64,000 nt of DNA from an uncultured Desulfovibrionaceae bacterium. GTDB lineage: Bacteria; Desulfobacterota; Desulfovibrionia; Desulfovibrionales; Desulfovibrionaceae. The notes below the pieces were generated by a model. The model worked only from the letters and a program-made list of their open reading frames with translations. It did not search any database and was not told the DNA's origin. Shown piece after piece: positions 10,762 to 19,779 of this stretch (positions within the stretch are counted from its first letter, which is position 1; each line of letters begins with the position of its first letter). Where the stretch lies: positions 3,771 through 67,770 of the forward strand of contig CAYJPK010000002.1 in assembly GCA_964372035.1 (NCBI GenBank). The letters run 5' to 3'. The position numbers were made by a program, and so were the translations under genes.

Positions 10762-10929
10762 TGTGCATACTCCGTTATCTGGCAAAATTTTTCTTCAACA
10801 AATTGAAGTTGGCCTGCACGGCCTATTCTGAACAATTTCAGTTTATAAAAATACAATTGCCAGCAAAAAACATACGCATGTCGCGCTAGATTTCACAGTT
10901 ATATAGGAGGATAAGAAAATATGTGTTTG

Positions 10930-11250
10930 TTGTTACACTGGCGTAACCCGGCACATAAATCACCCTCAACGATGAAATCAACCCCTGTTTCCGCCAGCCT
11001 AACCTTTTTAATAAGGGCGCACGCCCTTAAAAAAGACAGGTGGTCATACAGAGTCACCACTCTAGCAATATCATTGCTACCATTCGATACTTACAGCTCT
11101 TATAACGTCAGAGCTGGACTGGCTCGACATTGCAAAATTCGGTGACCTCTGCAAATGTCAAAACTTAGTTGAACTAAGTGCTTGTGGTTCTTGAAATCTT
11201 TATCATTTCGAAAACCACACCGGTTTTATCGCCTATACGGCTTAACCGGA
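10930..11250 (-). ncRNA. unassigned structured RNA region: either a long S10-operon leader or an embedded ncRNA
   Basis: A GC-enriched island within AT-rich intergenic DNA. On the minus strand I can draw at least eight consecutive hairpins, for example TGTGGTTTTCGAAAT/ATTTCAAGAACCACA, ACTTAGT-TCA-ACTAAGT, CAGCTCT/AGAGCTG, TAGCAAT-GAT-ATTGCTA and AAGGGCG-TG-CGCCCTT. It lies downstream of the promoter at 11257-11286. I recognised no family signature. Confidence 0.3.
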
Positions 11251-11256
11251 AAGACT

Positions 11257-11286
11257 GTTATAAACGCAATACACCTCTTGTGTCAA
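11257..11286 (-). promoter_or_regulatory. sigma-70-type promoter facing rpsJ
   Basis: The minus strand reads TTGACA (11286-11281), an 18-nt spacer, then TATAAC (11262-11257). An A/T-rich tract (aaaaaatcaaaaaaaatataaaaaaa) lies upstream and resembles an UP element. Confidence 0.5.
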
Positions 11287-11361
11287 GCGTTTTTTTATAT
11301 TTTTTTTGATTTTTTCAATTAATTTTTAGAAAGATTATATTAATTTCTTAAGCCACTGATT

Positions 11362-12276
11362 CTACATATTTTTTAAAATATTTTTTAAGGCAAGTTCAAT
11401 TTTAGGATATTTATACTTAAAACCACTGTCTTCTAAAGCTTTGGGGATTACTATTTGACCGTTTAAAATCATTTCATCTGCCATTTGTCCATACAGTAAT
11501 TTTAGTGCCATGCCTGGAATTGGCAAAATAACAGGTTTATTTATTACCTTGCCTATTGTTTTTGCAAGTTCTCTCATACTACTATAATAAGGAGCTGACA
11601 TATTAAAAACGCCTTGTAGCTCATCATTGTTTATAAGGTGCACTATTGCACTTGCCATGTCATCTATATGTATCCAAGAAAATGGTTGATTACCGCTTCC
11701 CACAACACCGCCAAGACCATACCAATATAATGGTAACATTTTATCTAACATTCCACCGTTTCCAAGCACTGGTGCTGTGCGCATGATGCATAGTCTAATT
11801 TTATCTGTATCAATCACTCGTATCGCACTTTCCCATTTTTCGCATACTTCTGCTAGAAAGCCGTCCCCCTTAACACTGCTTTCAGTAGAGTGAGGTGCGC
11901 TTTGCATATCATTATAATAACCATAATAGCCGCTCGCTGAGCCTTGAATTATTATTTTGGCATTTGTTGGTTGCTTAAGAACCTCTGCCAATGCTTGAGT
12001 GACATTAAGCCTTGAATTTAGTATCTTTTCTTTTCTAGCTTTAGTCCAGCGACCACTTGCTATGTTTTCGCCCGCAAGATTTATAACTGCGTCCACGTCT
12101 TTTATTATATAATATAGTTGTTCAACACTTTGACCGTCCCATATTTTGTATTCTTTGCAAGTTTCAGCAGACAAATCCCTACGACTACAAACAAAAGGCT
12201 GATGCCCCATTAAGCTTAGTTTATCATATAAGTAACTACCAATAAAGCCAGTTCCGCCTATAATGACTATTTTCAT
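11362..12276 (-). CDS. TIGR01777/YfcH-like epimerase-family SDR with a DUF1731-type C-terminus
   Basis: MKIVIIGGTGFIGSYL is a Rossmann motif. The ORF is 304 aa, and its C-terminus PKALEDSGFKYKYPKIELALKNIL matches my recollection of the YfcH family. Confidence 0.8.
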   Translation of the reverse strand: MKIVIIGGTGFIGSYLYDKLSLMGHQPFVCSRRDLSAETCKEYKIWDGQSVEQLYYIIKDVDAVINLAGENIASGRWTKARKEKILNSRLNVTQALAEVLKQPTNAKIIIQGSASGYYGYYNDMQSAPHSTESSVKGDGFLAEVCEKWESAIRVIDTDKIRLCIMRTAPVLGNGGMLDKMLPLYWYGLGGVVGSGNQPFSWIHIDDMASAIVHLINNDELQGVFNMSAPYYSSMRELAKTIGKVINKPVILPIPGMALKLLYGQMADEMILNGQIVIPKALEDSGFKYKYPKIELALKNILKNM

Positions 12277-12341
12277 GCTACACCTCTTTTTTATTTTAAC
12301 ATAGCATTTTGTTTATGCGATAGATATTATTTTAATTGAGT

Positions 12342-12372
12342 AAAAAAAAGGAGGCATACAATGTACGCCTCC
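12342..12372 (-). terminator. rho-independent terminator after the TRAP operon
   Basis: The minus strand reads GGAGGCGTACATTGTATGCCTCC followed by a T8 run. Confidence 0.7.
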
Positions 12373-12395
12373 AATAAAAAATAATTTAAAAAGAA

Positions 12396-13394
12396 TTATT
12401 TACGTGCATCTTCTAAAGCTTTTTTATATTTAGCATAGAATTCATCACCAACGTCTTTTTTAATAACATCATTTGCTTCAGCAACGAGTTTACGCATTTC
12501 AGCTAACATTTCTGGGCTAGCTTGTGAAACTTCAACACCGTTATCTTTGATAATTTTTAATCTACCAGCCATCATTTCATCAACAGTTTTACGTGTATTT
12601 TGAACTGCTTCAACTGATGCTTCGTCAACAATCTTTTGTACTTCTTTTGGTAAGCCGTTATAAACAGCTGTGCTCATAATTAAAGAAGCCGGTTGAGCCA
12701 TATGTTGTGTTTCTAACATATAGTCTTGAACTTCATATAATTTAGCACTAACGATGAAGAAGTAAGGTTGCTCAACACCGTCAATCATTTTTTGTTGTAA
12801 ACCAACATAAACTTCACTCCAGTCCATTGGAGTTGGAGCAGCGCCAATTGCTTTCCATGCGTTGATGTGGTGTTTGTTTTGCATTGTACGAACTTTCAAG
12901 CCTTTAATATCATCAAGTGTATTAAGTTTTTTGTTTGAAAGTAAGTTACGCATACCAACTTCTGCAACTGCAACAATTTTCATGCCTTTATCAGCATAAA
13001 TTTTATTGAACTCATTTAAGATGCCTGTATCTAAGAATTTACGGAAGTGTGCAATACTATCAAAGTCCCAGTGACCATCTAAAACTGCACCAGCTGGAAT
13101 ATATGGGACTGTAGCTGAAATTGTACCACTATAAAAATCAAGAGCACCTGACATTACGTTTTCAACCATTTCAGCGTCGCCGCCCATTTGACCACCAGGA
13201 TAAAGCTTTACTTCAACTTCACCCTTACTTTTTTCTTCAACTGCTTTTTTGAAGTATTCAGCTAAGTAGTAAGGCACATCGCCTTCAACTGAGTTCATGC
13301 CAACAGATAATACTGTTTTAGCTTGTGCAACATTGCCAGTTAAAAAAATTGTTAAGGCAAAAACAGCCATAATCAAACCTAAACTTTTTCTCAT
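12396..13394 (-). CDS. TRAP transporter substrate-binding protein (DctP family)
   Basis: 332 aa with a signal peptide ending in AQA, DctP-like layout including the GLKVRT arginine segment, and adjacent DctQ and DctM genes. Confidence 0.88.
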   Translation of the reverse strand: MRKSLGLIMAVFALTIFLTGNVAQAKTVLSVGMNSVEGDVPYYLAEYFKKAVEEKSKGEVEVKLYPGGQMGGDAEMVENVMSGALDFYSGTISATVPYIPAGAVLDGHWDFDSIAHFRKFLDTGILNEFNKIYADKGMKIVAVAEVGMRNLLSNKKLNTLDDIKGLKVRTMQNKHHINAWKAIGAAPTPMDWSEVYVGLQQKMIDGVEQPYFFIVSAKLYEVQDYMLETQHMAQPASLIMSTAVYNGLPKEVQKIVDEASVEAVQNTRKTVDEMMAGRLKIIKDNGVEVSQASPEMLAEMRKLVAEANDVIKKDVGDEFYAKYKKALEDARK

Positions 13395-13431
13395 TTTTTG
13401 ACTCCTTAATGGGTTTATAATTCTACCACTT

Positions 13432-14721
13432 TTAAGCTAGTAAAAGTGAAATTTCTGGTATAAAGGTTATTAATAATAAGGCTACAAAGAACATGATAAC
13501 CATAGGCATAGCACGTCTTGCAATATCAACAATTGGAACACCTGTCAGATTACTTGCAACAAACAAGTTAATCCCCATCGGCGGTGTAACATAACCAATT
13601 GCGAGTGAAACAATCAAAATAACACCAAAGTGAATTGGATCAACTCCAAATTTCTTAATAAGAGGTAAGAAAATTGGTGTAAAGATCATAATCGCTGGAA
13701 TTGTATCAATAAAACAACCAGCAATAAGCAAGATACCTATAACAACAAGCATAAATACTTCTTTGCTTGAAACTACGCTTAGCATTGCATCTTCAACAAC
13801 TCCTGGTACTCCAAGTAAATTTAAAACACGAGCAAAACCAACAGCAGTTGCAATAATAAATAAGAGCGCTGCATAGTTATGCACACCATCAGCAATTACC
13901 TTAAATATCTCATTTACTTTAATACTTTTATAGATAAATACACTTAATAAAAGCGAGTAAACAACGGAGATAGCAGCTGCTTCTGTTGGTGATGCAAGCC
14001 CGCCATAAATACTACCAAGAACAAATATTGGTGATAAAAGAGCTGGTCCTGAATCTTTAAGAATATGCATAAAACCGTTTTTGCGGATTTGTTCATAATT
14101 TGCGTTTAATAATTCTTTATCCTCGCCATTACGTAGGCAATAAATAAAAGAATAAAGCATTAACAAGCCACCAATTAATAAGCCCGGTAAGATACCTGCC
14201 ATAAATAGGCTTGTGGTTGAGGCCGTTGAGGAAGTAGCATAAACAACAAATGGAATACTTGGTGGAATAATAACACCCAAGCCTCCGGCAATGGCAACGA
14301 GCGCAACTGTAAAGTTTTTCTCATAACCAAGTTTTGTTAAAAGCGGAATAGTCATACTACCAACAGCAGCTGTAGTTGCAGGAGCTGAACCTGAAATTGC
14401 ACCATAAAATAAGCATGTTGCAATAACAGCACATGGATAGCCAGCTGTTCTGTTACCTACAAAATAAGCAAAGAAATTAAAAAGTTTTTCTGAAATTCCA
14501 CCACGAGCCATGATAATGCCTGCCAAAACGAAAAGCGGAATAGCAAGTAAAGTAAAGCTATTAATGCCATTTGCCATTGTTCTAACGGCAGTTAAGGCAG
14601 TCATCGGAATTGGTTCACCCAAAAAAGTTGGTAAAACCGTTAGCAGACCAAAACAACCTGCAATTGGAAAAGCTAAAAACAATAATAAGAAAAATACACC
14701 AAAAAACGCTAAAACTGACAT
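13432..14721 (-). CDS. TRAP transporter large permease (DctM family)
   Basis: 429-aa polytopic membrane protein. Its size and its adjacency to DctQ and DctP fit DctM. Confidence 0.9.
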   Translation of the reverse strand: MSVLAFFGVFFLLLFLAFPIAGCFGLLTVLPTFLGEPIPMTALTAVRTMANGINSFTLLAIPLFVLAGIIMARGGISEKLFNFFAYFVGNRTAGYPCAVIATCLFYGAISGSAPATTAAVGSMTIPLLTKLGYEKNFTVALVAIAGGLGVIIPPSIPFVVYATSSTASTTSLFMAGILPGLLIGGLLMLYSFIYCLRNGEDKELLNANYEQIRKNGFMHILKDSGPALLSPIFVLGSIYGGLASPTEAAAISVVYSLLLSVFIYKSIKVNEIFKVIADGVHNYAALLFIIATAVGFARVLNLLGVPGVVEDAMLSVVSSKEVFMLVVIGILLIAGCFIDTIPAIMIFTPIFLPLIKKFGVDPIHFGVILIVSLAIGYVTPPMGINLFVASNLTGVPIVDIARRAMPMVIMFFVALLLITFIPEISLLLA

Positions 14722-14722
14722 A

Positions 14723-15217
14723 TTAATTCTCTCCCTTATCAGCTAAGTTGCTGAAAAATCTGCTAGTAATTAAATATTGAGCAAAACGAAAAGCTCCTAA
14801 ACATAAACCGAGAAGCGGTCCGACATAGAGCCAATATTGAGGAATTAATAAGCCTGCCATAACAGAGCCAATATTTGCTGTATTTTTAACTAAGGTAAAA
14901 GCTCCATTTGCTAAAAATACTAATAGTGTAATCATTAATAAGGTTGTGATTGTCATAACAACACGTTGCATGCCTACTGGCATTAACAATAAAATTGTAT
15001 CTAACCTAATTGTTGTAACTTTTTTAGCGCAATAGCCAATACTAAAAAAACCTGACCAAACTAATAACATTCTACAAAGTTCTTCTGACCATGAAAGAGG
15101 TGTGCCTAAAACATAGCGCATAAAAATTTGCAACATTACAAGAGCAGTTAAAGCACACAACATAAATATTAAAGATGCTGCTTCAAGATTATCATCTAAC
15201 CATTTAATAATTTTCAT
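14723..15217 (-). CDS. TRAP transporter small permease (DctQ family)
   Basis: 164 aa with about four TM segments. Its stop is 1 nt from the dctM start. Confidence 0.85.
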   Translation of the reverse strand: MKIIKWLDDNLEAASLIFMLCALTALVMLQIFMRYVLGTPLSWSEELCRMLLVWSGFFSIGYCAKKVTTIRLDTILLLMPVGMQRVVMTITTLLMITLLVFLANGAFTLVKNTANIGSVMAGLLIPQYWLYVGPLLGLCLGAFRFAQYLITSRFFSNLADKGEN

Positions 15218-15229
15218 AATCTACCTCTA

Positions 15230-16369
15230 TTAAAAATCATTATTGCGGTGGACAACAGCACCATCAATCATTGTCATTTGTGGAACTAAAATATCTTCAC
15301 CAAAAATTGCTGTTGATGGATTTTTCACACTATCCCAGAATTCTTGCTTTTTCTTTTTCCAGCTCATAATTGTTATATCAGCACAAGCACCTTCTTTCAA
15401 TGTGCCAATTTCATCTTGCATTTTTAAATATTTAGCAGGATTAGAAGTTGCACATGCCACGATATCTTCAAGCTGCATACCAAGTGTTAAATATTTTGAC
15501 ATTACAAACGGCAAGTTTCTAGCATAAAGGTCTAATCCAAATGAGTTACATGCATTATCAGCACTAATCATGTCAGGTAAAAATCCATCTGCTAGGGCTG
15601 GAATTGCGCAAGAAAATGCAAAATTACCTGTTCCATTTGCAGCATCAAATAAAACACCACGCTCACGTGCTTTTTTAACGGCATCATAAACTTTGCCATT
15701 CTCATCAACTATTGTATGACCAACGCCTTGGAAGCAGTGACAATAAACGTCGCCTGCTCTTAAAATATCAGCAATTTCACTCGCTGGAACAGGAGGATTT
15801 GTTGTGTGGACAGTAACAGAACAACCAATTTCATCTGCTAATTCAATCATTTCTTTGAGGTATTTTATGCCAGTATCACCTGTTACTTCTTTTTGAAAGC
15901 GCATTTTCATACCGACAAGATATTCAGGGTATTTATCGAATATACGGCGAACTTTATCTACATTAATACTTTCTTTTTTGTAGTTTTCCATATACCCAAG
16001 TTCAACTTGCCCTGACTGATTATAGCCAATCAAAGACTTAACCTTTACAAGGCTATTAACTACTGTTGTATTATGGAAAGCTGAATAGTTCGACCAACCT
16101 GCAGTGCCAGCATCGATTACTGTTGTAACACCTGTAGCTGCCTGCAAGTCAGGCTGAACTCCAAGCCCACTACCAGTGCAAAACGCATGGGCATGAGAAT
16201 CAATAAGGCCTGGCATGACATAGTGACCTGCTGCATCAATTATATTTTTAGCCTTAGCATCATCACTTACAGGAACAATTTTTCCATTCTTGACGCCAAT
16301 CGTTTTGACTTCATTTACTTTATTTGCAGGATCAATGACTTGACCATTTTTAATTATGAAATCTAACAT
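15230..16369 (-). CDS. amidohydrolase-superfamily metallohydrolase (dihydroorotase/deacetylase-like, COG3964-type)
   Basis: MLDFIIKNGQVIDP...PGLIDSHAHAF carries the HxH metal motif. I prefer the ATG at 16367-16369, which has a GGGGGA RBS, over the 33-codon upstream extension in the track ORF. Confidence 0.8.
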   Translation of the reverse strand: MLDFIIKNGQVIDPANKVNEVKTIGVKNGKIVPVSDDAKAKNIIDAAGHYVMPGLIDSHAHAFCTGSGLGVQPDLQAATGVTTVIDAGTAGWSNYSAFHNTTVVNSLVKVKSLIGYNQSGQVELGYMENYKKESINVDKVRRIFDKYPEYLVGMKMRFQKEVTGDTGIKYLKEMIELADEIGCSVTVHTTNPPVPASEIADILRAGDVYCHCFQGVGHTIVDENGKVYDAVKKARERGVLFDAANGTGNFAFSCAIPALADGFLPDMISADNACNSFGLDLYARNLPFVMSKYLTLGMQLEDIVACATSNPAKYLKMQDEIGTLKEGACADITIMSWKKKKQEFWDSVKNPSTAIFGEDILVPQMTMIDGAVVHRNNDF

Positions 16370-16805
16370 TAAGCTATCCCCCCTCTTTTTCTCATACTTT
16401 AATGTTCTTTTCATTATAAAGACTACTAAAAGTATAGCTTGTTTAAAATAAAATTTAGTAAATAACACTACTACTTAGAGACTTTTTTGTCAATATAGCG
16501 ATAATTTTAGATTTGATAATATTTACAAGCAAAATTTTCACTCTGTCAAAAAAGATATGATATCAAAAAGCTATTATAATTTAAGACATTTTGTAATAAT
16601 TAATATCTATAAATTTTTATGTTAGTAAATAAGCTTTTGATTTTTGATATACATATGTATCCTTTTTCGATTTTTTTTGATAAAAAAATAAAAAATTCTA
16701 AAGATTCAATGCCAACAACCTTATGATTTAATTAAATAAATTAAAAATATTTATTTTTGATTTTTTATTTATTTGTCAATTTTGACTTTTAATAAGCAAA
16801 AGTGC

Positions 16806-17339
16806 CTATCTTTTGCTTGCCAGGTATTTTACTATATGCGTATTAAGGTAGCTCGCAAATTTTTCATAGAAAGTTATGTCTATAAGCCTTGAACTCATCA
16901 AAAGCAGTTCGTGTCGCTCATCACCGAACCTATAGGGGGGTTGCAAGTGTTTAAACTCAAGAGCTATAAAATTTAACCTTTCATAAAATACTTTACGTTT
17001 ATGTGAAACTTCATCAATCGGCAAATCAATTTCAAGTATTATGATTTTTTTATATTTTTCCTGCAACAATTCTATTGTTTTCGTGCCATAATTTTTACCC
17101 TGATTTTTCTTATTAATTGCTATATGCTCTAGGTAAATATAATCATCTTGTTCCCAGTAAAGCGCAATCCCCAAAAGTTCATTATCATATACCAAGTCAA
17201 AATGATAAGAGTTGTCAGTAAGAGCTCGTATTTGATCGCTTAAAATTCTTCGTTCAAATATGGGAAAGCTTTCTTCATAAAGTTCAAAAGCTGTTTTAAA
17301 ATCTTGATGATGAGCATCTGTAATACGAATAAGTTTCAT
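16806..17339 (-). CDS. GNAT-family N-acetyltransferase
   Basis: 177 aa. LEHIAINKKNQGKNYGTK resembles the acetyl-CoA binding Q/RxxGxG/A motif. Confidence 0.75.
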   Translation of the reverse strand: MKLIRITDAHHQDFKTAFELYEESFPIFERRILSDQIRALTDNSYHFDLVYDNELLGIALYWEQDDYIYLEHIAINKKNQGKNYGTKTIELLQEKYKKIIILEIDLPIDEVSHKRKVFYERLNFIALEFKHLQPPYRFGDERHELLLMSSRLIDITFYEKFASYLNTHIVKYLASKR

Positions 17340-17351
17340 AGCAAAATCCTA

Positions 17352-17390
17352 TAAAAAAAGCCCACCAAAGTGAATTTTGAGGTGAGCTTT
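17352..17390 (-). terminator. rho-independent terminator after the DUF3426 gene
   Basis: The minus strand reads AAGCTCACC-loop-GGTGGGCTT (9-bp stem with one mismatch) followed by TTTTTTT. Confidence 0.65.
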
Positions 17391-17412
17391 AGAAAAATGG
17401 TTTAAATTAAAT

Positions 17413-18258
17413 TTATTTTACAGGCGGTATCTTAGCTTCAATAACTTTAACACCAAATTCAGCAGCTTCTGGTGAAGGTGAGTAGAATACTATCATAAAC
17501 GGTACTTCAACCCCAGGCTGAATATTTGTATTGTTTGACAATATATCAATCTTATTATTGAGAGCCTGTTCAAGCTCTGCTTCGCCTAAAACTTGTAACT
17601 GGAATAGAGAAACTGAGGTTCCAGCAAGCTGTTGTTTAGAAACTAAAACCTTACCATCTTTATCATACAAACTAGCTTCAATTTTAATTAATTCACGTGG
17701 CTCTTGGAAATTATTTAAGGCTTTGCCTTCAATAACTGAAATCTGCCCAAGCTTTTCATTAGCAATACTATATTGGCGAACACCACGCAAAGATATCTGA
17801 CTAATTAAGTCTTTTGCAGGGCTATCTTCTTCTGCTTCTGGCTGACTTAAAAATGGTATTTTATCTAAGTATGGCTCAACCAATTGCGGTGCAAAAAGCC
17901 AAGTACTTGCTCCTGCAACAACAATAAGTAAAACAATAATTAAAAATAAAAGAAACTTATTCGTGCCAGATTTTTTTGGCTTCTTAGATTCGCTACCAAA
18001 ACCAATACTAAGATTATCTTTACCATCTAAATCAAAGCCACTATCAGATGGCGACTCAGATTTAATATCACTGCCAAGGCTCAATTCTTCTTGCTTTTCA
18101 ATTGGCTGTTCATTAGTTTGTTCTTCATGCACAGCTTCATTTGCATCTGGCAAGGCAAAAACTTCCTTACAAACAGTACAGCGAAGCTTAGCCCCAGCAA
18201 CAACCTTATCATCTGGCAAATTAAATTTTGTAGAACAATTAGGACATGATACAATCAT
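17413..18258 (-). CDS. MJ0042-type zinc-ribbon / DUF3426-like membrane protein
   Basis: The N-terminus CPNCSTKFNLPDDKVVAGAKLRCTVCKEVF has the CxxC...CxxC pattern. An acidic linker, one TM helix (FLLFLIIVLLIVVAGASTWLF) and a beta-rich C-terminal domain follow. Confidence 0.75.
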   Translation of the reverse strand: MIVSCPNCSTKFNLPDDKVVAGAKLRCTVCKEVFALPDANEAVHEEQTNEQPIEKQEELSLGSDIKSESPSDSGFDLDGKDNLSIGFGSESKKPKKSGTNKFLLFLIIVLLIVVAGASTWLFAPQLVEPYLDKIPFLSQPEAEEDSPAKDLISQISLRGVRQYSIANEKLGQISVIEGKALNNFQEPRELIKIEASLYDKDGKVLVSKQQLAGTSVSLFQLQVLGEAELEQALNNKIDILSNNTNIQPGVEVPFMIVFYSPSPEAAEFGVKVIEAKIPPVK

Positions 18259-18287
18259 AGCCTCTCCTACTATAATATAATTATTAT

Positions 18288-18827
18288 TTACTCTTCCAAT
18301 TCAGCTAAATAAATATCAGGCAATTCACGATATCTTTCAGCAAAATCTAATCCATATCCGACTATGAAACCACTTTCAGTCCTAAAAGCCTTATAATCTG
18401 GCTCTATCTCAACTTCTCGTCGTTCATATTTATCAATCAAAACAACACTGCTAAGGCTAAGCGCCTCACTATTTTTAAATCTATCAAGAAGATATTTTAA
18501 ACTATAACCCGTATCAACAATATCTTCAACTATTATTATATGCTTGCCAGCGACGTCTATTTCAATATCTTTTTTTAAGCTAATATTGCCACTAGATGAG
18601 CTAGTATCACCATAACTTGATATTCTAATAAAATCAATTTCAGGGCGAAAATCTAAATGCTTAACCAAGTCACTAAAGAACATAAAAGCACCTTTTAGCA
18701 CACAAAGTACAAGCACTTGTTCGTTTGCATAGCGTTCATTAAGCTGACTTGCTATACTAGCAATTCTGCTTTCAATAGTTTCTTTACTATATAAGACATT
18801 AAGTTTTTTAATTATAATTTCACTCAT
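18288..18827 (-). CDS. hpt: hypoxanthine phosphoribosyltransferase
   Basis: 179 aa with the PRPP-binding motif HIIIVEDIVDTGYSL. Confidence 0.92.
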   Translation of the reverse strand: MSEIIIKKLNVLYSKETIESRIASIASQLNERYANEQVLVLCVLKGAFMFFSDLVKHLDFRPEIDFIRISSYGDTSSSSGNISLKKDIEIDVAGKHIIIVEDIVDTGYSLKYLLDRFKNSEALSLSSVVLIDKYERREVEIEPDYKAFRTESGFIVGYGLDFAERYRELPDIYLAELEE

Positions 18828-19302
18828 CTGTTAAATCCAATAAAACAGCTGTTTCGTCACAGTCAGGAAATTTTGCACAATTTACGCAATCAAGCCAAAC
18901 TTTTTGAGGGAAAATATCTTTAGTTACAATTTTAAAGTTTTGACGCTCAAAAAAATCAACTTGATAAGTCAATGCAAAAACTTTATTTATTCTAAGCTCT
19001 TTTGCTTCTTCAATACAGGCATTAACAAGCTGATACCCACCACCAAGTCCTCGTTTTTTAGAAGAAATTAATAATGAGCGAACTTCAGCTAAATCGTCCC
19101 AAACAATTGAAAGCGCAGAACAACCTATTAGCTCACCGTCAGTATCATATAGCACAAAAAAATCACGCAAATGTGAATATATCTGTGAAAGAGAACGTGG
19201 TAAAAGCACTCCCTCACTTGCACTAGTTAATAAAAGAGCATGTATATTTCTAACATCATCTATACGTGCTTTACGCACCTTACTTGTTAGCTCTAAAGCC
19301 AT
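18820..19302 (-). CDS. GNAT N-acetyltransferase (short ArgA-like, COG1246 type)
   Basis: 160 aa: ...LAEVRSLLISSKKRGLGGGYQLV...KVWLDCVNCAKFPDCDETA. It overlaps hpt by 8 nt. Confidence 0.75.
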   Translation of the reverse strand: MALELTSKVRKARIDDVRNIHALLLTSASEGVLLPRSLSQIYSHLRDFFVLYDTDGELIGCSALSIVWDDLAEVRSLLISSKKRGLGGGYQLVNACIEEAKELRINKVFALTYQVDFFERQNFKIVTKDIFPQKVWLDCVNCAKFPDCDETAVLLDLTDE

Positions 19303-19311
19303 ATTAATAAG

Positions 19312-19770
19312 TTACCTCTTAAGTAAATCTTCTAAAAGCTCAAACAAGGCAGCTTCATGCACAAGTCCTGCTTGGTTTACAATTAATTTTCCTGATCTGT
19401 CATAAATGGCATTATGCGGAATTAATGAAGCCTTATACCTTAAAGCAACCTCATACTCTGCAACATATACAGGATAATTTATTTTATAATCTTTTACAAA
19501 TTTCTTGTAAGCTTCTTTATCTTGATCTAAGGAAAGACCAATGATTTCAAAACCACGATTTTTAAATTTTTTATATGCATTTATAAGGCCAGGAATTTCC
19601 TCACGACATGGGGGACACCATGATGCAAAAAAATTAACAAAAACAACTTTTCCCTTATTCTTCTCAAGTAGTTGATCTAGCTGAGCATTATTAATTGTTT
19701 CAACTTGATTTGCAACTGCCACACTTGAAAAAAGTAATACTATAAATAAAGATAAAAATAATCTTATCAT
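19312..19770 (-). CDS. TlpA/ResA-like periplasmic thiol-disulfide oxidoreductase
   Basis: 152 aa with a signal peptide and the thioredoxin motif WCPPC. Confidence 0.85.
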   Translation of the reverse strand: MIRLFLSLFIVLLFSSVAVANQVETINNAQLDQLLEKNKGKVVFVNFFASWCPPCREEIPGLINAYKKFKNRGFEIIGLSLDQDKEAYKKFVKDYKINYPVYVAEYEVALRYKASLIPHNAIYDRSGKLIVNQAGLVHEAALFELLEDLLKR

Positions 19771-19779
19771 TTTATGCTC

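Noticed and set aside
2184-10806. Many 60-112-aa plus-strand ORFs, and some alternate-frame minus-strand ORFs, overlapping the ribosomal-protein genes (for example 2184-2492, 4796-5113, 5303-5626, 8907-9245, 8003-8194, 9484-9675, 9895-10119).
   Set aside because: All are nested in or antisense to unmistakable r-protein genes. They have no RBS and skewed, Ser/Leu/Cys-rich composition, which marks them as shadow ORFs.
10921-11145. 74-aa plus-strand ORF preceded by AGGAGG (taggaggataagaaaatATG), inside the GC-rich region upstream of rpsJ.
   Set aside because: The product is very basic, low in complexity and matches no family I recognise. The ORF overlaps the hairpin-dense segment and runs antisense to the likely S10 leader. 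I treat the RBS-like string as coincidental unless ribosome profiling shows otherwise.
10930-11250. Tested whether the GC-rich island is tmRNA, 6S RNA, SRP RNA, or a cobalamin or TPP riboswitch.
   Set aside because: I found no GGGG...acceptor/T-arm...CCA ends or tag ORF (tmRNA), no GGAA-tetraloop domain IV motif (SRP), and no riboswitch core boxes. 6S RNA cannot be excluded by eye, but the string of short independent hairpins does not look like one long interrupted helix.
16470-16805. 335-bp extremely AT-rich spacer containing the palindrome ATACATATGTAT (16649-16660). It shares a TATACATAT 9-mer with the second TRAP operon 5' region (about 41693), so I considered a common TRAP operator.
   Set aside because: A 9-mer made only of A, T and C in two very AT-rich spacers is likely chance. 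The positions relative to the two promoters differ, and I could not define a convincing promoter here. It is worth a motif search genome-wide only.
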